Origin: Octopus vulgaris
Lineage: Eukaryota
Length of the DNA stretch: 64,000 nucleotides
Direction of reading: 5' to 3'
Assembly: GCA_951406725.2 (NCBI GenBank)
Contig: OX597834.1
Coordinates: forward strand, 29,512,001 to 29,576,000
In this document: positions 55,567 through 64,000 of the stretch, piece after piece
Layout: every line of letters begins with the position of its first letter
Position numbering within the stretch: position 1 is the first letter of the stretch
Position numbers and translations under genes: made by a program
Notes under the pieces: generated by a model
Told to the model about the DNA's origin: nothing
What the model saw: only the letters and a program-made list of their open reading frames with translations
Database searches by the model: none

Positions 55567-56799
55567 GTAGATAAAATACTGAATTCAAAGTGGAAACAAC
55601 ATCAAACTATTAAAAAAAAACAGAGATGAAAAGAAAAAAATAGAAACAAGATTGTTAAAAAAAAATGGAAGTGAAAGTGAAACTAAAGCAATGAAGTTTT
55701 ATATATTTTAGTTTTTATGTAAATTTATATGAATTTAATTTTATTTTATTTTACTTCATGTCATTATACTGTTTGTTTGTGTAGGCCATGATGCTAGCAA
55801 GCAGCAGCATTGTGCCGAAAAGTCCTCTGGTCAACCATTTGCTACAGGAAAACTCCTTGGAGGTTCCCATCTTGATTAGCAAAGAAGAAACAGATCTTGA
55901 AGATGGAACAACGGCTTACTCCCACCCCCACCTATCATTCAGTATCTTGGTGTGAATACAACACTCAAGGGTTTCAAAGGTGATGACAGTCCATTTATTA
56001 CCGAGGAGAGATGGGAGGGAGGGAGAGAGGGAGGGAGGGATGGGAAGATGTTTGTTGGTGGGGGTAGCATAGTGAGAAGGAGGTGAGGGACTGTGTGAGG
56101 TAGTAGTAGTATTGTGGTGGAGGTGGTGGAGGTGGTGGTGTGGGGGAGAATATAGAGGTGAGGGCAAACAACACTGGAAAAACAGTTAATTAAATGGGAC
56201 ATAACAATATCCAGCTGTGACTGTCAGACAACCCACCACGACCACCACCACCACCTACCGAACTTATAAACATACATACACTCACACATTAACACGCATG
56301 CACACACTTTGGCTTATATACCCATGCACATATTCTATACACACACTTTAAAGTTCATACAGCTATATCAATAACACGCACAGACACACACAAATACACA
56401 TAGACATATTAGAAGGAGTCATATACATCCATATCTACACATAACGAAATATGGTTACAACAACTCCATCATTATCCTTACTCTCTTTTCAACGATCCCC
56501 ATAAACCTAAACTAATCTCCGTCCTCAGGTTAGCGGTGTCTTGGAGATTTCTCACTTGCCTCATCAGTGACATCATTGTCTATGGAGAACCAGAACTCAG
56601 CTGCCAAAAGAGCAATGCTTTGCACCTTTGACTATTTTGCTGTTGTTGTAAACACAAGCATTCAGTTGAGGGAAGAAGAACTTTCTGATGAAGGAAATGC
56701 CATTTATAGAACTTTGCAAGTCGATACAAACAACTACATTTTAACAATAACAGCAGCAGTACATGCATACATACGTGTGTGTGTGTATGTGTGTTTGTG

Positions 56800-56904
56800 T
56801 GTAAATATATATGTACATAGATAGATAAAATATATAATGTGTGTGTGTGTATGTGTGTGTGTGTGTGTGTGTGTAAATATATATGTACATAGATAAAATA
56901 TATA

Positions 56905-56944
<40 letters not shown>

Positions 56945-57021
56945 ATATATGTACATAGATAGATAAAATATATGATGTGTGTGTGTGTGTGTGTAAATAT
57001 ATATGTACATAGATAGATAAA

Positions 57022-57057
<36 letters not shown>

Positions 57058-57111
57058 ATATATGTACATAGATAAATAAAATATATAATGTGTGTGTGTG
57101 TATGTGTGTGT

Positions 57112-57145
<34 letters not shown>
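56800..57145. repeat. Five-unit minisatellite gtaaatatatatgtacatagatagataaaata(tg)n
   Basis: Units start at about 56801, 56873, 56939, 56993 and 57052. Confidence 0.88.
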
Positions 57146-57146
<1 letters not shown>

Positions 57147-58076
57147 TGTATTTGTTCTTGTTTTTCATTTTCTTTTTCCTTCTTTTAAATGATTGCAGCC
57201 TGAGGGGATTTGTCTTGATCTGTGGCACCCCCAGTTCAGTTTTCGTTTTGAGCTTTTAGAAGTTTATTTTTAGTTTATCAATGTTGCAAAACCTATTATG
57301 GAGTTTAGTGTTGTAAATATCACAAGCCAGCGGCACCTGAAGGCACTGTCAGTAGCACCCCAATGTGCAGTGGCACCCCCCCTCGGGTTGGTAAAAATGA
57401 AAAGAAACCAAAATCTAAATAAATACATTGAACAACAGTAACAATTTAATCAGTTAACAGTTATTGAATTACAGCATCCAGAACAGACAGCTATGAGAAC
57501 AACAACAACAACAACAAAAACAACAACAGCAATAGCAGCTTTTAGTAATGATAATAATAATAATAACAACAACAATCAACAGCATGTACTGCAGAAGTAC
57601 CATTGATAAGAGCAATGGCAGCAGCCGTACTAGAAGTGTTAATAACAAGCAATATCAAACAAACAATTATCAAAATAACAAACGCAGCAAGAAGGAATAA
57701 CAACGGTTCTTTAATTAATCATGAAACCTCAGGCAAATGGAATTAATTGTATTTTACCGAGACCTAGCGTTGATGCCTGCAGTGAGATATGAACTTACGA
57801 ATTCAATTTCTATTGCCCTCTTCTGTTGCACCTTTATACAACAGCAGCAGAAAAACCGCAATTATGATTAACATTTACAAATTCTAACAAATATCACAGA
57901 AAACGATTCGTTCTTTTTGGTCCAAGGTCACAGATTTGCATGAGAGGCAGCAGAGTCTGCTAATGAATCGACCTCATTACATAATTGTTTTATTGATCCT
58001 GAAGGGATGAAATAAAACCTCAACCAATGCAGTATTTGAACTCGAAACAACAACAACAACACTAAACATAAATACC

Positions 58077-58672
58077 TATTTCTTTACTACCCACAAGGGG
58101 CTAAACACAGAGGGGACAAACAAGGACAGACACACGGATCAAGTCGATTACATCGACTCCAGTGCATAACTGGTACTTATTTAATCGACCCCGAAAGGAT
58201 GAAAGGCAAAGTTGACCTCGGTGGAATTTGAACTCAGAACGTAGCGGCAGACGAAATACCTATTTCTTTACTACCGACAAGGGGCTAAACACAGAGGGGA
58301 CAAACAAGGACAGGCACACGGATTAAGTCAATTACATCGACTCCAGTGCATAACTGGTACTTATTTAATCGACCCCGAAAGGATGAAAGATAAAGTCGAC
58401 CTTGGTGGAATTTGAACTCAGAACGTAGCGGCAGACGAAATACCTATTTCTTTACTACCCACAAGGGGCTAAACACAGAGGAGACAAACAAGGACAGACA
58501 CACGGATTAAGTCGATTACATCGACTCCAGTGCATAACTGGTACTTATTTAATCGACCCCGAAAGGATGAAAGATAAAGTCAACCTTGGTGGAATTTGAA
58601 CTCAGAACGTAGCGGCAGACGAAATACCGCTAAGCATTTCGCCCGGTGTGCTAAGGATTCTGCTAGCTCGCC
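58077..58672 (-). mobile_element. tRNA-derived SINE family C with its 3' 184 bp present three times in tandem
   Basis: Units start at 58077, 58261 and 58445, with a single head (ggcgagctagcagaa...gagttcaaattcc). A direct repeat cataaatacc lies at 58067-76 and 58675-84. Single copies at about 11515-11716 (+), 37811-38040 (-), 47070-47270 (-) and 49897-50121 (-). Confidence 0.85.
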
Positions 58673-59076
58673 AGCATAAATACCGTTAGCCATTTACCTC
58701 ACAGTGGAATTTCTGCAAACTCTCCAACACCCTCAAAGACACTTATTTTTATGCAATTTTCTTATATATTCTATTCTATTTGTTATTAATGTTGCTTTCT
58801 TTTTTTCGTTAGTTTTTGCTTATTCCTCTTATTTTATTCTTATTCATCATCATTAATATTATTATAATCATCATCGTTGGTACTAGCAGCACCAGATGTC
58901 GCCATCATCATTACTACCACATCTCTTCAAATATAACCTTTCCCACTTCCTTGATGCTGTAGGCTAATATATCAACTATTTTAGTGCCCACTTTACTCTT
59001 AAGTTTTCATGCAACTGGCATCCCTGAGTAATTTTTTTCCTTACTTCATTTATAATTCTTGTATCAATTTTATAGT

Positions 59077-59345
59077 GAAGATGTGTGGTTTTATGGTTAG
59101 AGTGTTGCACTCATGATCTTGCGATTGTGGGTTCAATTCCTGGCCTGGGTGTTGTGCTGTGTTCTTGAGCAAAATACTTCATTTCACGTTGTTCCAGTCC
59201 ACGCTCAACTGGCAATAGTGAGTAACCTTGTGATGGACTAGCATCCAATCCAGGGGTAGTGTTGGCATCTCACTCACTTATATGCTATAGAAAAAACCAG
59301 GCAACTGACCCCATGGGTCCAAGTACTCGTATGGCCAGTTACTTA
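59077..59345 (+). mobile_element. Diverged tRNA-derived SINE (related copy at about 11370-11488, minus)
   Basis: tggttttatggttagag...gggttcaattcc head, then gttcttgagcaaaatacttcatttcac body. Confidence 0.6.
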
Positions 59346-60741
59346 CAATGTCCTTAGTATATAAGGCCCTTAAATCTTCTACAACCAACATCAGAATCTC
59401 AGCAATGGGTGACTCATTTACTAATTTTGGTTTTAATTCCCATCAACCTGGGGTTAAACAACAACAACATCATCAATATCACCAGTTGAAGAAAAAAAAA
59501 TCACATCATTATTATCTTATGTAAGTTAAGAAATCCACGTCAGAAAGGCCACAGCAGATTATCCACAAATAAAGACGCACGTTAGATACAACCCTAACCC
59601 ATCTTTATGTACTGTCTTAAGTTTTAAGATGCAAAAATCTTAAGAAGGTAAACTCAGACTGGAAAAGAAATAGATAAAGATACTAAGACAAGTAAAGATG
59701 AATATAAAGAAAAAAATTAAAAAATACAAAACAATCCAAGAACAAACAAGTAGAATCAAAAGGTAATAATTGGATTATGATCAGATTATAACAAGTGAAC
59801 CATAGTTAATCTATTACAGATCATATTATAATTTACACTTTGATCTCCAGTATTAAAGATTATTAGCTTTAAGCTTAAGTGTTGTTCCTCTTAGGATTTC
59901 TTTTTAAGATTTGATTAATTTTCATCGTAGTTTCTCTGATAAACATGATCAGCAATTGCGGGAAAATGATTACAGCTAGATAGGTATGTGTACCTGTCTA
60001 TAAGTGTGTGTGTCTGTGTGGGTGTGTACACGTGTGTTTGTTGTGCAGCATTGCGAGACGGGTTCTTTCATATACTCACTCACATCGGGCGACCGAATGT
60101 GTTATATACACGTGTAGCTGCTTCTCATATTAGTTTGCGTGACTGCTTATATATTACACCCATGTGTATTACGGGTCATTTTTATACGGCTGTAATTTCT
60201 TTATTGTGTAACGAGTAACAAATTTCTGTAGACTTTCCAAATATAGTAAATTAATGATTTTTTGATATTTCTATTTTTAATTATGAATTAATAAACAGGA
60301 AACAGAGATATAGAAATACATATTTTGATTCGTATATACATTCAAAAATCACCCAGTTATAATATAAACTGGGTGATTATAGAAAAATGCAGTGAATATA
60401 TCTTTCCTTTATTTTATATCAAAAGGATGTGTTATAACACTATTCCACAGATACACAAACAGCCATGCCAACAATCCAACACACCTCCTTCATCAGCTGC
60501 CCCATCGATATCATTATGGTTTTGACACCTGGTGGGCAGTACCATTCAACCAGGTGGTGCATTTTATATACACAGAGCAAATATGACTGTGAAATTCAGA
60601 AGCTTGCTTTTTGCGACCACGGGATTTCAGGTTTCAATCCCACTGCATAACACCCTGGGCAAGTCTCTTCTGTTACATCCCTAGGTTGACTAATGTCTTG
60701 TGAAGGAATGTAGCAGATGGAAACTGTGTGAAAATCTGTTG

Positions 60742-60772
<31 letters not shown>

Positions 60773-61452
60773 CTTTGTGTTTATGTTTGTCTCACTTGCC
60801 ATTATTTGACACTTGATCTTGGTTATGTCTCTGTAACTTAGCAGTTCAGCAAAGGTGACCAATAGAAGAAGTACCAGACTTTAAAAACAAAAAAAACAAA
60901 ACAAAAAGAAACAAATATTGAGTGTCAGTTTGTTTGAGTAAACTCTCAAAGAGTTGCGCTCCAGCTTGGTCACAATTCAATGACTAAAACAAGCAAAAGA
61001 AAAATAAAAGGTTTCTCAGTCTGAGAAATATTGATTACAAATGTCTTATCGGCCACTCATAGGTTCATTGCATTTCTGATAAGAGTAACAAGGGAGTGTC
61101 TGCAATTTGGTGTGGAGTAAATATTCCAAGTGTCTTTATTTGTGTACGCCTTGCTTTGGGGCAGTTTTTCCCTAATGTTTATATCTTTCATCAATTCAGA
61201 TCATATATGCACACACACACACACACACACACACGCAGATATATTTGTATGAAACACTCCTGTAGAGTTCCTGTTTGCCAAATTCCACTCACAAGGAAAT
61301 GGTCAAACCCAAGGCCATGGCAGAAGATAACTTGCCCAAAGTGGCAAATACTAAGAACTAGCTGGGATTCTGTGACTGCAAAGTGAATCCTTAATCGTAC
61401 AACCAGGCTAAACATTTCTTTTGTTTCATTTGTTTGTTGAATTTTATCTGAA

Positions 61453-61815
61453 TTAGTTAGTTAGTTAGTTAATTTGGCTCAAAAGCAAATAGCAAGGCCA
61501 TGTAGGGGGACATGGAGTTAAGTACAGGGTGGTGTTCATGTAAAGATTTCAGGCCACTTGAGGTCCAGGGAGGCTTTGAACAAAGTGGTCGTCGGCATCT
61601 TCACCATCTCGTCTGGCAGCTTGTTCCACGGATCTGCAACCCGGACGGAGAAAGCTCCTCTCCTTCGATTGAGATGAAATCGTCGCAGGTAGAGCTTTTC
61701 GGAATGACCCCGCAGCTGACGCTCTGGAGCAGGAGTGAAGAACAGCTCTTTCGAGAGGTTACACTTTCCGCTTATGATGTTGTGGGCGAGAATGAGATCA
61801 CCACGGCGGCAGTGT
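61453..61815 (-). mobile_element. CR1 LINE 3' fragment, same family as 4600-4922
   Basis: Reverse complement is highly similar to 4610-4920 (cggggtcattccgaaaagctctacctgcgacgatttcatctcaatcgaagg...ccccctacatggccttgc) and ends in a (TAAC)n tail. Confidence 0.85.
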
Positions 61816-62383
61816 TTTTCAAGAGATCCACCCCAAACCTGAGCTCACAACTGCATCATTGCCTGATACTTATTAGATGACAACTCACTTTTGCAATCGT
61901 TTCTTGAAACAGTTTCAAATATTCCAATGTCACAGTTTCAAATTTATTGTATTTTTGATTCTGGATTATTATGACTTCAGGAATTTGATTAAAAAAAAAA
62001 TTATTTAAAAATACGATCGATTTCCCATTTGTTTCTTCAAATGAATCTAATTCTTTTATTTATATTTTTTCTTTTCTTTTTTTTTTTTATAATTTGCAAA
62101 AACACAATGTTTTATTGTTTTTAACTAATGATTTTATTTCAAACAGGAAAAAAAAAAACCCCCGGCAAAAACAAAAATGAAAATAATATAATTCCATTAC
62201 AAGGGCTTGTTATTAATAATAACGATGATAATAACGTTAATCTTGATTATGATGTTAATACTAACAGATTCCTAATCAGCGATGGTGGTGGTGGTGGTGG
62301 TGGTGGTGATGCTTGTAATGATATTGATGACAAGAGTGGTGATAGTGGTGACGGTGACAGTAGTGATGATGATGATGATGAAG

Positions 62384-62435
<52 letters not shown>

Positions 62436-63109
62436 TTATAATTACAGTATCAGTAATAAAACCGAATATCTCAGTGAGTTAATTGAGCCGAGCAAGTCTT
62501 GAATTTTAAACATAGAATTTATTTTCGATTCTCAGTTGCACAACGATGAAACCAAATCTGTTACAAAGATACACAAGTCATAAAATATAATCTAAACATG
62601 AAGAAATTCTTCAGGTCGAACATTTAATTGTAAAAGCTGATCTGCAACAGTTGCAATGATTTATTTATCGTAGAGTGCTGACATGTTTCCATTGCTGGAA
62701 CGAACAACTTAAATAAATAAAGCAAACGGAGGGGAGACCAAATAAAAGAAAATAAATCAAAGGTTTGAAAGTGTAGGGTGGAAGTGGATGAGAAATTTTT
62801 GGCTGTGAAAGGGAATGGAATACATTCTATTGTAGTCTGTTGTTTTGGTGAGTTTGAATGGTAGGCATTGATGTTGCAGTAGAAGTAAGGCTTTGGTGAA
62901 TTGAGTCTTATGACCTGGATTCTAGTCCTATTTAAAACTATTTCGTTTACAATATTGAAATTCTTTGAAACATGAAAATTGCAGATTAACATTTCACACA
63001 TCCCTTTAGCAGAAAAACTAAATTTTTAAAATGTTTGAATAGTTTTAAAGCAATTAACTCCACCTTTACCTTTTCTATTTTTTACACAACATTTTTATCT
63101 GCCTCATAA

Positions 63110-63492
63110 TCATCATCATAATCATCATCATCTATCTATCCACTCAGTCGAAGTCGACTCTTGGTTACTCTCGGTTACTCGTCCTCCAGTCAGTTCTATC
63201 CTGGGCCGCTTCTTTCAGATTGGCTATGTCCATTCCAGTATCACTCTTGATGGTGTCAAGCCAGCGGGTTCTTGGTTGGCCTCTTCCTCTCTTGCCACTG
63301 ACCATTCCAAGCATGATGTCCTTCTCCAGGGATTTTCTCCGCATAATATGACCGAAATATGCCAATCTATGCTTGGTGATCCTAGCTTCTAGCGACATTT
63401 TCGGCCTGATCTGCTTAAGAACTTCTCCATTGGTGAACCTCACTGTCCATGGAATCCATAAAAGTCTTCTCCAACACCAAAGCTCGAATGCA
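63110..63492 (-). mobile_element. RTE-BovB-like LINE 3' fragment
   Basis: AFELWCWRRLLWIPWTVRFTNGEVLKQIRPKMSLEARITKHRLAYFGHIMRRKSLEKDIMLGMVSGKRGRGQPRTRWLDTIK...EAAQDRTDWR, with a microsatellite tail. Confidence 0.88.
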
Positions 63493-63832
63493 TAAAATCA
63501 TCATCATAATGTCCACTTTTCCTGGTTTGCATGAGTTGGACAGAGTTTATTGCAGTAGATCTTCTATGGCTGGACGCCCTTCCTGTCACCAACCCTCATC
63601 TGTTCCCAAACAAGGTAGTATTTCCCAATGACCAGACATGTTTTTGTGGAATACTGGAACTGAATAACACTATTTATTTGTGAGTGGCACCCATTAACAA
63701 CTACCACATAAGGATACTACCACAAAAGATACACACACTGAAACTCACACACATACATATGTATATATACTCATAAGATATATAAGATATACACACGCAC
63801 ATACACATATATGTAGATACATATAAATACAT

Positions 63833-63863
<31 letters not shown>

Positions 63864-63899
63864 CACACACATGCACATATAGATACTTATACATGTGTA

Positions 63900-63933
<34 letters not shown>

Positions 63934-64000
63934 AGATCATTAGCTCCTACATGCATTTTTTTCTCTCCTTGTTTCTTTTCTGTGTATCTTTCTGTCGAAG

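Noticed and set aside
56540-56572. Minus-strand CTGATGA...GAAA
   Set aside because: No stem II pairing and no matching stem I partner or cleavage triplet.

Overview
Eukaryotic, AT-rich genomic DNA saturated with microsatellites and transposons. The SINE/LINE repertoire and the AhR peptide suggest a coleoid cephalopod, probably Octopus (inferred from recalled repeat families, not a database result). The only convincing host coding sequence is a 188-nt minus-strand exon (19998-20185) encoding the bHLH domain of the aryl hydrocarbon receptor (AhR/spineless). I found no neighbouring AhR exons by eye, so most of the window is probably two very large introns. The rest consists of tRNA-derived SINEs, LINE fragments (CR1, RTE/BovB, R4/Dong-like), a decayed mariner, TTAA piggyBac-type MITEs, a Helitron and simple repeats. 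Almost all ORFs in the supplied track are microsatellite artefacts. The most interesting non-coding signals are (1) a type I hammerhead ribozyme with an intact catalytic core and a Penelope-type palindromic stem III at 14656-14718, plus decayed relatives, and (2) a set of unrelated, near-perfect inverted repeats that abut (TA)n arrays. All coordinates were read by eye and TE boundaries are approximate.
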